DNA of 63,354 nucleotides from Candidatus Rokuibacteriota bacterium (GTDB taxonomy: Bacteria > Methylomirabilota > Methylomirabilia > Rokubacteriales > CSP1-6). How positions within the stretch are numbered: the stretch's first letter is position 1; every line of letters starts with the position of its first letter. Location: positions 1 through 63,354 of the forward strand of contig JACPCF010000025.1 in the NCBI GenBank assembly GCA_016179965.1, in the 5' to 3' direction. Under the pieces are notes generated by a model, which saw only the letters and a list, made by a program, of their open reading frames with translations, searched no databases and was not told where the DNA came from. Shown one piece after another: positions 46,442 through 56,317 of the stretch. Position numbers and translations under genes: made by a program.

Positions 46442-49162
46442 ATGGCCAACCGACGTCCCCGACCCATCCTCTGGCTCCTGCTGATCGTCATCGTCCTGGC
46501 CCTGGTGGGCCAGGCCGTGCCTCTGTACACGGACTGGCTCTGGTTCCAGGAGGTGGGATACGTCGGGGTCTTCGTCACCATCCTCACCCTGCGGGGCTGG
46601 CTCTTCCTCGGGGTGGGCCTCGGGACCTTCCTCTTCCTCTCCCTGAACCTGACCTTCGCCGCGCGGACGGCGCGGCCGGACGTGCTCTGGGAGCTCGAGG
46701 ATCAGCTAGGCCTCCCCAGCCGCGTCGTGCTCGAGCCGCTCATCCGGCGCCTCCTGCTCCCGGTCCTGGCGGTCATCTCCTTTTTCTCGGGGGTCTCGGC
46801 GAGCGGCAGCTGGGAGACGGTACTGGAGTATTTCAACCGCACGCCCTTCGACACCACCGACCCGCTCTTCAGCCGCGATCTGTCCTTTTACGTGTTCACG
46901 CTCCCGTTCTGGCGGCTCCTGTACGGATGGGCGATGCTGCTCCTCGTCGCCACCATCGGGCTGAGCCTCGCGCTCTACGTCCTCCAGCGGAGCCTGGTGC
47001 TGACCGCCCGGGGGCCGCGCCTAGCCGCGGGGGCCCGGGCACACCTGCTCGCCCTGGGGGCGGCGTTCCTCGGGCTCAAGGCCTGGGGGTTCTGGCTCGA
47101 TCGCTTTGACCTCCTGTACTCCTCCCGGGGGGTGGTGTTCGGCGCCTCCTACACGGACGTGAACGCCTCGCTGCCGGTCCTCGGGATCCTGGTGGTGCTG
47201 GCGCTTCTCTGCGCCGCGGCCTGTCTCTTTCAGGTCTGGCGCCCGGGCTGGCGGTTCCTCGTCGCGGGCCTGGTCGTGCTGGGGGCCGTGTGGGTCGGCG
47301 GCCTCGGTCTCTACCCGGCGTTCCTCCAGCGCTTCCGGGTGACTCCCAACGAGCTGGTCGCGGAGCGGCCCTACATCGTCCACAATATCCGGATGACCCG
47401 GAAGGCCTACGGCCTGGACCGGATCGAGGAGAAGGACTTTCCCGCGGAGGAGAACCTGACCGCCGCCGCGCTGGAGCGGAACAACCCCACGATCAAGAAC
47501 ATCCGGCTCTGGGACCACCGTCCCCTCCTGACCACTTTCGGGCAGCTCCAGGAGATCCGGACCTACTACAAGTTCACGGACGTGGACAACGACCGCTACC
47601 TCATCGACGGCGAGTACCGGCAGATCATGCTCTCCCCCCGCGAGCTCTCCTACCGGCACCTGCCGAGCCGGATCTGGATCAACGAGCGCCTGACCTACAC
47701 CCACGGCTATGGGGTGATCGTCGGGCCGGTGAACCGGATCAGCCCCGAGGGGTTGCCGGAGTTCTTCGTCAAGGACATCCCGCCGGTCTCCTCGGGGTTC
47801 CTCAAGGTCACCCGGCCCGAGATCTACTACGGGGAGATCTCCAACGACTACGTCTTCGTCCGCACCAAATCCCAGGAGCTGGACTACCCGGCGGGGGACC
47901 AGAACGTCTACACGCGCTACGCGGGGCGGGGCGGGATCCCCGTCGGGTCGTTCCTGACCAAGCTGGCCGTCGCCATCCGCTTCGGCGAGATCAAGATCGT
48001 GCTCTCCGACGACCTGACCGGCGAGAGCCGGATCATGATCCACCGGGAGGTCGCCAAGCGGGTGCGTCAGATCGCGCCATTCCTCCGCTTCGACCGGGAT
48101 CCGTATCTCGTCGTCACCGACGACGGCCGGCTCGTCTGGATGATCGACGGATACACGGCGAGCGACCGGTATCCCTACTCCCAGCCCGTGCGCGACCTCG
48201 GCAACTACATCCGCAACTCGGTGAAGGCCACGGTGGACGCCTACCACGGGACGGTGACGTTCTACCTCGCCGACCCGACCGACCCGGTGATCCGCACCTA
48301 CGCCCGGGCCTTCCCGGGGCTCTTCAAGCCCCTCGGCGAGATGCCCGCGGATCTCCAGCGCCACATCCGCTATCCGGAGGACCTCTTCTCGATCCAGGCG
48401 AAGATGTACGCCACGTATCACATGGAAGAACCCCAGGTGTTCTACAACAAGGAGGACCTCTGGGCGATCCCGCGGCGGACGGTGGAGGGGCGGGACCGGG
48501 AGATGGAGCCGTACTACACGATCATGCGTCTGCCCGGGGAGAAGAAGGAGGAGTTCATCCTCCTCACCCTCTTCAACCCGAGCCGCCGGGACAACATGAT
48601 CGCCTGGCTGGCGGCGCGCACGGACCCGCCGAACTACGGACGCCTCATCGTCTACAACTTCCCCAAGGCCAAGCTCGTCTACGGGCCGCGGCAGATCGAC
48701 GCGCGGATCGACCAGGATCCGACCATCTCCCAGCAGCTCTCGCTCTGGAATCAGCGGGGCTCCACGACGATTCGGGGCTCGCTCCTGGCGATCCCCCTCG
48801 ATCAGTCCCTGATCTACGTCCAGCCCCTCTACCTGGCGGCTTCCGAGCAGGGCGCGTTGCCCGAACTCCGGCGCGTGTTCGTCTCCTACGGTAACCAGAT
48901 CGCCATGGAGCCGACGCTCGAGCAGTCGCTCCAGCGGATCTTCGGCGGGCGCGCCCGGATCGGGGACGCCGTCGGGCGACCCGCCGCGGGCGTCGCGCCC
49001 GGGCCTCCGGGCGATGCCGGCCTTCAGGGCCTGGTCCGGCGGGCGTGGGAGGCCTGGAGCCGGGCGCAGGACGCCCTCCGGCGAGGCGACTGGTCCGGCT
49101 ACGGCGAGGAGCAGCGCCGCCTCGAGCAGACGCTCCGCGAACTCCGCGACCGCTCCCGCTAG
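46442..49162 (+). CDS. UPF0182 family membrane protein
   Basis: TDWLWFQEVGY, DPLF..DLSFY.F.LP, NIRLWD, YTHGYG, NYIRNSVKA, YVQPLY. Confidence 0.93.
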   Translation: MANRRPRPILWLLLIVIVLALVGQAVPLYTDWLWFQEVGYVGVFVTILTLRGWLFLGVGLGTFLFLSLNLTFAARTARPDVLWELEDQLGLPSRVVLEPLIRRLLLPVLAVISFFSGVSASGSWETVLEYFNRTPFDTTDPLFSRDLSFYVFTLPFWRLLYGWAMLLLVATIGLSLALYVLQRSLVLTARGPRLAAGARAHLLALGAAFLGLKAWGFWLDRFDLLYSSRGVVFGASYTDVNASLPVLGILVVLALLCAAACLFQVWRPGWRFLVAGLVVLGAVWVGGLGLYPAFLQRFRVTPNELVAERPYIVHNIRMTRKAYGLDRIEEKDFPAEENLTAAALERNNPTIKNIRLWDHRPLLTTFGQLQEIRTYYKFTDVDNDRYLIDGEYRQIMLSPRELSYRHLPSRIWINERLTYTHGYGVIVGPVNRISPEGLPEFFVKDIPPVSSGFLKVTRPEIYYGEISNDYVFVRTKSQELDYPAGDQNVYTRYAGRGGIPVGSFLTKLAVAIRFGEIKIVLSDDLTGESRIMIHREVAKRVRQIAPFLRFDRDPYLVVTDDGRLVWMIDGYTASDRYPYSQPVRDLGNYIRNSVKATVDAYHGTVTFYLADPTDPVIRTYARAFPGLFKPLGEMPADLQRHIRYPEDLFSIQAKMYATYHMEEPQVFYNKEDLWAIPRRTVEGRDREMEPYYTIMRLPGEKKEEFILLTLFNPSRRDNMIAWLAARTDPPNYGRLIVYNFPKAKLVYGPRQIDARIDQDPTISQQLSLWNQRGSTTIRGSLLAIPLDQSLIYVQPLYLAASEQGALPELRRVFVSYGNQIAMEPTLEQSLQRIFGGRARIGDAVGRPAAGVAPGPPGDAGLQGLVRRAWEAWSRAQDALRRGDWSGYGEEQRRLEQTLRELRDRSR

Positions 49163-49182
49163 ACCACGCGCGTTTGATCGAC

Positions 49183-49257
49183 CGCTCCGAGCGCGGGCTT
49201 GGCCCGCGCAATCCCGGGGGGAGGCATCGGAAGGGGGGCGGAGCCCCCCTCCGAGTT
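49183..49257 (-). repeat. Modular REP/MITE-like element, short copy
   Basis: Between convergent genes; inverted relative of 44971-45100. Confidence 0.88.
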
Positions 49258-49258
49258 T

Positions 49259-51565
49259 CTACGTTCGGGCGCGCAGGAAGAGCGAGACGCCGAGCCCCGC
49301 GAACACGATGTTGGGGGTCCAGGCGGCCAGGAGCGGCGGCAGGAGATCCGCCTTGGCGAACGAGAGCGCCAGCGAGCTCACCAGCCAGTATCCCATCGAG
49401 ATCGCGATCGCCAGGGCGATGCCGATGACGCGGCCGCCCCGCGGCCACTGGAGCGCGAAGGGAATCGCCACCAGCACCATGATCACGTGGATCAGCGGGA
49501 AGGAGAGCTTCGAGTAGAGCTGGACGAGGTACTTGCCGACCTGGTGGCCGCTCTCCTGCAACTTGATCAGGTAGGCCCGGAGCTCGCGAAAGCTCATCGT
49601 CTCCGGGGGCTGCTGGGTCCGCGTGAAGTCCTCGAGCGATTCCGGGAGCTCGAGCGAGCTCAGCGTAAACGGCACGGCCTCGACGCTGGTGTCGCTCCCA
49701 AATTCCCGGAAAAAGCCGCGTTCGAATTCCCAGCCATTCGCGGTCCAGTGAGCCCGTCCCGCGTCCAGCCGGTTGAGCAGCCGGTAATTCCGGTCGATCT
49801 CGAGCACCGTCACCCCGTCCATCTGCTGGCCGACGGGATCCACCAACTCCAGCCGGAAGAAGCGCGAATCCGAGCTCCGGTACCAGATCTGGGTCCGTCG
49901 CTGGAGGTGGCGCGGGAGCTCGCCCCGGATCTTGATCCGGTCCACCTCTTCCCCCTTCGCGTTCAGCACGGGAAGCACCGTCTCCTGGAATGCCACCGAG
50001 GCCAGGCTGACCGCGAAGGCGAGCAGCAGGATCGGCAGGCTCACGCGGTAGAGGCTGACGCCGGCCGCTTTGAGCGCCGTGAGCTCGTGCTGGCGGCTCA
50101 GGGCCAGAAAGAGGAAAATCGTGGAGACCAGGACGATCACCGGGAAGCCCTCGTAGAGCCCTGCCGGGAGCCGATAGACGAAGTGCTCCAGGATGTAGAG
50201 GAGAGGCGGCTTGACGCGGAGATACCGGTCCAGGGTCTGGAAGAGGTCCACGACGACGAAGAGCGCCGCCCCGACGCTGACGCCGAACCCCACGTACATG
50301 AGGAACTGGCGGACCAGGTAGCGATCCAAGAGGTGACTCGAATCCCGCGGTCCCCGCAGGCGTGGAGGTCGCCGCCGGGAGATCGGGCGGCCCCGGGCCG
50401 GCGCCCGCGCCGCGAGCCGGTCCCGGAACCGGAGCACGGCGTTCACCCACGCCGGCGGCAGGTCCGTGGTGCTGAAGCGCAGCAACCCCAGCCCGACGAG
50501 GCCGAACACCACCGTCGGGGTCCAGACCGCCACCGCCGGCGCCAGGCGGCGGCTCAGCGCGACGCCCTCGAGGGAGTTCAGCGTGAGGTAGTAGCCGACC
50601 AGGATGCCCAGGCTCCCCACCAGCGCCACGCCCCACCCGCCCCGGTGCGCCCGGATGCCCAGGGGGAAGCCGACCATGACGAAGATGAGGGCGGCGACGG
50701 GGAAGGCAAAGCGCTTGTGGAACTCCAGGAAGTACGGCGTGGTGATCTGCCCTTCACGGTCGAGGTAGCGCGCGGTTCGGAGCAGCTCGAACAGGGGCAG
50801 GTTCTTCTCGGGCTTGTCCAGCCGCGGGGCGCTCTTGAACGGGGTCTCGACGGAGAGGTTCATGTCGTACAGCCCGAAGGTCGTGTAGCGGTAGCGGGAT
50901 GAGGTGTCGGTGTCCGACTCGTGGATCGCCCCGTCGATGAGCCGGAGGGTGATGCGCTGGTTCTCCTCGTCGGTGAAGAGCCGCCCCTGGCGGGCCGTGA
51001 CGATCCGCGAGAGCTTCGGGTCCCGCTCGTCGGCCACGAGGAGCCCGCGGAGCCCCACCTGGGAGGCCGAGACCTCCTCCACGTAAATCACGAACTGGCC
51101 GAAGGCGGTGTTGAACACCCGCTCCTTGATCCCCGTCGAGGCCCGGCTCTGGAGAATCTTGAAGAGCTGTCGCTGGAACGCCCTGTTCGACGCCGGATTC
51201 AGGGCCAGGGTCAGGACGGCGGTGAGGGTCGTCACGGCCATGGCCGCGACCAGGAACGGCACGAAGAGGCGCAGCGGGCTCACGCCCGAGGCCTTCAGCG
51301 CCACGACCTCCAGATCCGAGGCCAGGCGGCCGGCGGCCAACAGGACCGCCACCAGGAGGGCCATGGGCAGGGTGTGGGCCAGGAACGACGGCAGCATGTA
51401 CACCAGGAGCTGGAGCACGAGGTGGAAGGGCACGCCCTTCGTGACCACCAGATCCGTGAGGCTGTAGATCCGGTCGATCGTGAGGAAGAAGGTGAAGAGC
51501 CCCACCCCGACGAGGAAGGGGTAGAGGAGCTCCTGAAAGACGTAGCGATCCAGCAGCCGGGTCAC
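49259..51565 (-). CDS. lptFG: Fused LPS export permease LptF-LptG
   Basis: Two tandem YjgP/Q units each starting LLDRY and containing E..ALKA.GVS; GTG start at 51565 with GGAGG. Confidence 0.9.
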   Translation of the reverse strand: MTRLLDRYVFQELLYPFLVGVGLFTFFLTIDRIYSLTDLVVTKGVPFHLVLQLLVYMLPSFLAHTLPMALLVAVLLAAGRLASDLEVVALKASGVSPLRLFVPFLVAAMAVTTLTAVLTLALNPASNRAFQRQLFKILQSRASTGIKERVFNTAFGQFVIYVEEVSASQVGLRGLLVADERDPKLSRIVTARQGRLFTDEENQRITLRLIDGAIHESDTDTSSRYRYTTFGLYDMNLSVETPFKSAPRLDKPEKNLPLFELLRTARYLDREGQITTPYFLEFHKRFAFPVAALIFVMVGFPLGIRAHRGGWGVALVGSLGILVGYYLTLNSLEGVALSRRLAPAVAVWTPTVVFGLVGLGLLRFSTTDLPPAWVNAVLRFRDRLAARAPARGRPISRRRPPRLRGPRDSSHLLDRYLVRQFLMYVGFGVSVGAALFVVVDLFQTLDRYLRVKPPLLYILEHFVYRLPAGLYEGFPVIVLVSTIFLFLALSRQHELTALKAAGVSLYRVSLPILLLAFAVSLASVAFQETVLPVLNAKGEEVDRIKIRGELPRHLQRRTQIWYRSSDSRFFRLELVDPVGQQMDGVTVLEIDRNYRLLNRLDAGRAHWTANGWEFERGFFREFGSDTSVEAVPFTLSSLELPESLEDFTRTQQPPETMSFRELRAYLIKLQESGHQVGKYLVQLYSKLSFPLIHVIMVLVAIPFALQWPRGGRVIGIALAIAISMGYWLVSSLALSFAKADLLPPLLAAWTPNIVFAGLGVSLFLRART

Positions 51566-51599
51566 CGCGGGCCTCCGCGTTCTGTTGTACCATATCCCC

Positions 51600-52658
51600 G
51601 TGAAGCGCCGGATGGTCTTTGGACTCCTCGTCGCGTGGCTCGCCCTGGGGACCTCGGCGGCCGGGACCGAGCGCGATGTCCCGTCCGGCAGGCTGGAGCG
51701 CTTTCGCGCCATCGCGGCCGCCGGGCTGGGGGCGCTGGAGCTCTCGGGACACGAGCCCGCCCCCGAGAGCATCGGGGAGATCTACGCCCTCCTCGACGCC
51801 GAGATTGTGGACAACCTCGCGAGTGGCAGCCTCTTCGCCTCGGAGGGATTTCTCCAGGAGCGGCTCGACGCCTTCAACGAGGCCTGGGGCGGAACGGCGT
51901 TCCGGGTGCTGGCGCTCCGGCCGAGCGGCCTCACCGTCGGCGCGTTTCAGCTCTCGCCGGGCGGATGGGGGAACAGCGTCCGCGTCTACGGACGGAGCGG
52001 GTCCGGGGCCGCGCTGATCCGCGCGATCCAGCGGGAGGGAGTGCCGGTCCTCCACGAAATGCCCTCGACCCGGGGGGGAGATCCCCAATTCCTCGTCGCC
52101 TGGGTCGGCCCCCAGTCGAGCCGTGGCAGCACCGGTCTTCGCCTGGAACTCTGGCGGAGGCAGGGAACGTCCATCAGCCTGGCCTGGTCCACCGACGCGG
52201 TGACAGAGGGAGGCCTGCTGGTCGGCCGCTTCTCCCTGGGCGCGCAGCAGGCCTCGTTCCGCTACGAGGTGAGATACCCGGGCTGGAAGCCCGGCTGCGA
52301 GGGCCAGACCGAGCACGAAGACCTGTACCGCTACGACCCCGGCGCGGAGACGTTCGTCCTGGCCCGGCGGCAGGTCGTGAACGGCTGGCATCGGGAGTTT
52401 CACGCCTTCCTCGCCAGCTTTCTGTCGGCCCTGAGCGCGCGGAACGAGCGGGCGCTGGCGGGGCTGGTGCCGCCCATCCTCCGCCCGAGGCTCCCCGCGC
52501 GCTTGGAGGCGGACCTCGCCTGCGATGAGGCGGTGGGAACGCCGCCCACCTCCGTCGCCGTGGCCGCCGTATCGCCGGACGACCGTCGTCCCTGGAGCCT
52601 GGTGTTCCGCCGGGCGGCGGGGGGGTGGCGCCTCGCCGCGGCGGCTCCCGCCGAGTGA
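51600..52658 (+). CDS. Hypothetical secreted protein
   Basis: Signal peptide; TACCAT ends 6 nt before the GTG; no family recognised. Confidence 0.7.
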   Translation: MKRRMVFGLLVAWLALGTSAAGTERDVPSGRLERFRAIAAAGLGALELSGHEPAPESIGEIYALLDAEIVDNLASGSLFASEGFLQERLDAFNEAWGGTAFRVLALRPSGLTVGAFQLSPGGWGNSVRVYGRSGSGAALIRAIQREGVPVLHEMPSTRGGDPQFLVAWVGPQSSRGSTGLRLELWRRQGTSISLAWSTDAVTEGGLLVGRFSLGAQQASFRYEVRYPGWKPGCEGQTEHEDLYRYDPGAETFVLARRQVVNGWHREFHAFLASFLSALSARNERALAGLVPPILRPRLPARLEADLACDEAVGTPPTSVAVAAVSPDDRRPWSLVFRRAAGGWRLAAAAPAE

Positions 52659-52716
52659 CGACCCGCGCCACCCTGGCCCGCCTCGTGCGTGAACACGCGT
52701 TCCGCGTCGTGCGCAC

Positions 52717-52806
52717 CCCCTCACCTCTTCTCCTCTCCCCACTGGGGAGAGGTAGGGTGAGGGGGGAGAGGATGAAGGTGAGGGGATCATGAGTGGGGTG
52801 AGGGGG
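52717..52806. repeat. CCCTCACC...CTCTCCCC/GGGGAGAG...GGTGAGGG palindromic REP-like element with three right arms
   Basis: CCTCTCCCCA-C-TGGGGAGAGG hairpin; GGTGAGGGG occurs three times. Confidence 0.75.
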
Positions 52807-52853
52807 CCGTGCGAGCTCACGAATAACCCGGGCTAGCGGTAGAATAGAGAGCA

Positions 52854-55502
52854 ATGATCGCCGACCGGTACGACCCGCGGCAGGTCGAGGAGCGCTGGTA
52901 CCGTCACTGGCTGGAGCGCGGCTACTTCCGCGCCGACCCGGCCTCCCCCAAGAAGCCCTACTGCATCGTCATCCCGCCCCCCAACGTCACCGGCTCCCTC
53001 CACATGGGGCACGCCCTCGACAACACCATCCAGGACATCCTGATCCGCTGGAAGCGGATGGACGGTCTGAACGCCCTCTGGGTGCCCGGCACCGACCATG
53101 CCGGCATCGCGACCCAGTACGTCGTCGAGCGTCAGCTCGCCGCCGAGGGCAAGACCAAGGAAGACCTGGGGCGCGACGCGTTCATCGCGCGGATCTGGAA
53201 GTGGAAGGACGAATCGGGCGGGACCATCATCCGCCAGCTCCAGCGCCTGGGCGCCTCCTGCGACTGGGAGCGCACCCGCTTCACGATGGACCCGGGGTTG
53301 TCCGAGGCTGTCAGGGAAGTCTTCGTGAGGCTCTGGGAGGAAGGGCTCCTCTACCGGGGCGACTACATTGTCAACTGGTGCCCGCGCTGCCAGACGGTGC
53401 TCTCTGATCTGGAGGTGGAGCACGAGGAGCGCGACGCCCAGCTTTTCTACATCAAGTACGGCCCGCTCACGCTGGCCACCGTGCGCCCTGAGACCAAGCT
53501 CGGCGACACGGCCCTGGCGGTGCATCCCCGCGACCGGCGCTACGCCCAGTACGTCGGGAAGGTCCTCGAGGTCCGCTCCGTGGAGGGCACCATCCGGATG
53601 AAGGTGGTGGCCGACGAGGCGGTGGACCCGAAGTTCGGCACCGGCGTCGTCAAGGTGACGCCGGCCCACGACCCGGCCGACTTCGAGATCGGCAAGCGGC
53701 ACGGGCTGGAGGTGCGCCAGGTGATCGGCTTCGACGCCAAGATGAACGAGCGGGCCGGCCGGTACGCCGGGCTCGACCGCTTCGAGTGCCGGAAGCGGAT
53801 CGTCGAGGACATGCAGCGGCTGGGCCTCATCGAGAAGATCGAGCCCTACCGCCACAGCGTGGGGGTCTGCTACCGCTGCAAGACGGTCGTCGAGCCGCTC
53901 GTCTCCACCCAGTGGTATGTCAGGATGAAGCCCCTCGCGGAGCCCGCCATTAAGGCGGTCAGCTCCGGGAAGATTAAGATCATCCCGCGCGGGTGGACCA
54001 AGACCTACTACCACTGGATGGAGAACATCCGCGACTGGCCGATCTCCCGCCAGCTCTGGTGGGGGCACCGGATCCCGGCCTGGTACTGCGACAAAGAGGG
54101 CGCGGTCCACGTCTCGCGCACGGACCTCCCCTGCTGTCCCGCGTGCGGCGGGCCGCTCCGCCAGGACGAGGACGTCCTGGACACCTGGTTCTCGTCGGGG
54201 CTCTGGCCCTTCTCGACGCTCGGGTGGCCGCACGAAACGCCGGAGCTCGGGACGTTTTACCCGACGTCCTGCCTCGTCACCGGCTTCGACATCCTGTTCT
54301 TCTGGGTCGCGCGCATGGTGATGCTCGGCATCAAGTTCATGGGCGACGTCCCGTTCCGCGACGTGTACCTGCACGCGCTGATCCGCGACCTGGAGGGCCA
54401 GAAGATGTCCAAGGTCAAGGGGAACATCATCGATCCCCTGGACCTCATGGACAAGTACGGAACCGACGCCCTCCGCTTCACGCTGGCCGCGCTGGCGGGG
54501 CAGGGGCGCGACATTCGCTTCGGCGAGGAGCGGGTGGAGGCGTACCGGAACTTCGCCAACAAGATCTGGAACGCGGCGCGGTTCGTCCTGACCAACCTGG
54601 AGGATTACGATCCGGCGAAGGCCGACGGCGTGGCGCCCGGCCTGCCTGACCGCTGGATCCGGAGCCGCCTGGCGGTCGCGATCGGCAAGGTCCGAAAGGC
54701 CCTCGCCACCTATCGCTTCAACGACGCCGCCGGCGCGGCCTACCAGTTCGTCTGGCACGAGTTCTGCGACTGGTACGTGGAGTGCGTGAAGCTGACCCTC
54801 TACCGGGGCGACGACCCCGCGGCGCGCTGCCGCAGCCAACAGACGCTCGCCGAAGTCCTGGAAACGACCCTCCGGCTCCTCCACCCCTTCATGCCGTTCA
54901 TCACCGAGGAGATCTGGCAACGACTCCCCACGCTTGGCGTGGGGGCCCGCGCGCTTCGCGCGGGGGCCCGCCACGCGGGGTCGAGCATCATGCTGGCTCC
55001 GTTTCCCAAGGCGGCCAAGAAGGCCCAGGACCCCGCGGCCGAGAAGGACATGGCCCTGCTGATCGGCGTGATCACCGCCATCCGGAACATCCGGGGCGAG
55101 ATGCGCATCCCCCCGTCCACGACCCTGCGTGCGGTCCTCAGGCCCACGACCCGCCCGGCCGCGAAGCTCCTGACGGCGCACGCCGCCCTCGTCCAGAGCC
55201 TGGCGCGCTGCGACGCGACCGTGGACCCGCGGGCGAAGCGCCCCGCTGCCTCCGCCATGGCGATCGCGCAGGGGGTGGAATGCTTCGTCCCGCTGGAAGG
55301 CCTCGTGGACCTCGCCGCCGAACGCCAGCGTCTCGCTAAGGAGATCAAGAGGGCGGAGGAGCAGATCGCCTTCCTGAAGGCCAAGCTGGGGAACCGGGAG
55401 TTCATGGCCAAGGCCCCACGGGACGTGGTGGAGCGGGAGAAAGGGCGGCTCCAGGAACAGATGGGGGTCCGACAGAAGCTCCTTGGGGTCAGGCCTGAGT
55501 AA
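52854..55502 (+). CDS. valS: Valine--tRNA ligase
   Basis: PPPNVTGSLHMGH, DHAGIATQ, ISRQLWWGH, LDTWFSS, KMSK, C-terminal coiled coil. Confidence 0.98.
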   Translation: MIADRYDPRQVEERWYRHWLERGYFRADPASPKKPYCIVIPPPNVTGSLHMGHALDNTIQDILIRWKRMDGLNALWVPGTDHAGIATQYVVERQLAAEGKTKEDLGRDAFIARIWKWKDESGGTIIRQLQRLGASCDWERTRFTMDPGLSEAVREVFVRLWEEGLLYRGDYIVNWCPRCQTVLSDLEVEHEERDAQLFYIKYGPLTLATVRPETKLGDTALAVHPRDRRYAQYVGKVLEVRSVEGTIRMKVVADEAVDPKFGTGVVKVTPAHDPADFEIGKRHGLEVRQVIGFDAKMNERAGRYAGLDRFECRKRIVEDMQRLGLIEKIEPYRHSVGVCYRCKTVVEPLVSTQWYVRMKPLAEPAIKAVSSGKIKIIPRGWTKTYYHWMENIRDWPISRQLWWGHRIPAWYCDKEGAVHVSRTDLPCCPACGGPLRQDEDVLDTWFSSGLWPFSTLGWPHETPELGTFYPTSCLVTGFDILFFWVARMVMLGIKFMGDVPFRDVYLHALIRDLEGQKMSKVKGNIIDPLDLMDKYGTDALRFTLAALAGQGRDIRFGEERVEAYRNFANKIWNAARFVLTNLEDYDPAKADGVAPGLPDRWIRSRLAVAIGKVRKALATYRFNDAAGAAYQFVWHEFCDWYVECVKLTLYRGDDPAARCRSQQTLAEVLETTLRLLHPFMPFITEEIWQRLPTLGVGARALRAGARHAGSSIMLAPFPKAAKKAQDPAAEKDMALLIGVITAIRNIRGEMRIPPSTTLRAVLRPTTRPAAKLLTAHAALVQSLARCDATVDPRAKRPAASAMAIAQGVECFVPLEGLVDLAAERQRLAKEIKRAEEQIAFLKAKLGNREFMAKAPRDVVEREKGRLQEQMGVRQKLLGVRPE
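54937..54976. repeat. Palindrome inserted in frame in valS
   Basis: GCGTGG..CCCGCGCG-CTT-CGCGCGGG..CCACGC; encodes the low-complexity stretch GVGARALRAGARHA. Confidence 0.65.
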
Positions 55503-55505
55503 TTG
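55485..55505 (+). repeat. Left 21-bp inverted repeat flanking birA
   Basis: GGGGTCAGGCCTGAGTAATTG, perfect reverse complement of 56265-56285. Confidence 0.95.
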
Positions 55506-55512
55506 CGTATCA

Positions 55513-56262
55513 ATGATGCGGACAGGTGAAGCCGTCCACGGCTGGGCGTCGCGCCCGGTGGTGAGCCTGGGCGAAGTGGGCTCGACCCAGACCGAGGCGC
55601 GGCGGCTGGCCGAGGCCGGGGCGCCGGAGGGGACCGCCGTCGTGGCCGAGCACCAGACCCAGGGCCGCGGGCGCCTGGGGCGGCGCTGGATCGACGAGCC
55701 GGGAGCCGCGCTGCTGGTTTCAATCGTCCTCCGTCCCACTCTGGACGCGCCGCGGCTCCCCCAGCTCTCCCTCGTGGCCGGGGTCGCCGTGGCCGAAGCG
55801 CTGGCGGAGGCGTCGGGCTTGCGGGTGACCCTCTCCTGGCCGAACGACCTGCTCCTCCGGGGACGCAAAGTGGCGGGGATCCTGGCGGAGTCCTTCGCCG
55901 GGCGTGACGCCGGCGCCAGCGTCATTCTCGGCATCGGCATCAACGTCAACCAAGAGCGCTTCCCCGAGGACCTGGCGGCGCGCGCCACGTCACTGGCTTT
56001 CGAGGCGAGACACCCATTCGACCGGGAGCAGCTGCTGAGGACCGTGCTCAACCGCCTGGAGGCCTGGTACCGGCGGTGGGTGGGGGAGGGCTTCGAGCCG
56101 GCGCGGGAAGCGTGGCGCCGCGGCTCGGCGACTCTCGGCCAGCGCGTCACGATCGGGGAGGGCGTGAACGGGACGGCCCTGGACCTGGCAGAAGATGGGG
56201 CCCTTCTCGTGAGGACCGACGCCGGTGCCCTCGTCCGGCGGATCGCCGCCCTGGGACCATAA
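55513..56262 (+). CDS. birA: Biotin--protein ligase (no HTH domain)
   Basis: STQ, AEHQTQGRGRLGRRW, WPNDL, KVAGIL.E, GIGINV. Confidence 0.93.
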   Translation: MMRTGEAVHGWASRPVVSLGEVGSTQTEARRLAEAGAPEGTAVVAEHQTQGRGRLGRRWIDEPGAALLVSIVLRPTLDAPRLPQLSLVAGVAVAEALAEASGLRVTLSWPNDLLLRGRKVAGILAESFAGRDAGASVILGIGINVNQERFPEDLAARATSLAFEARHPFDREQLLRTVLNRLEAWYRRWVGEGFEPAREAWRRGSATLGQRVTIGEGVNGTALDLAEDGALLVRTDAGALVRRIAALGP

Positions 56263-56264
56263 GT

Positions 56265-56285
56265 CAATTACTCAGGCCTGACCCC
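56265..56285 (-). repeat. Right 21-bp inverted repeat flanking birA
   Basis: CAATTACTCAGGCCTGACCCC. Confidence 0.95.
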
Positions 56286-56317
56286 GGGAGGGGCGGGCGA
56301 ACTGACAGGAGGCGGCC

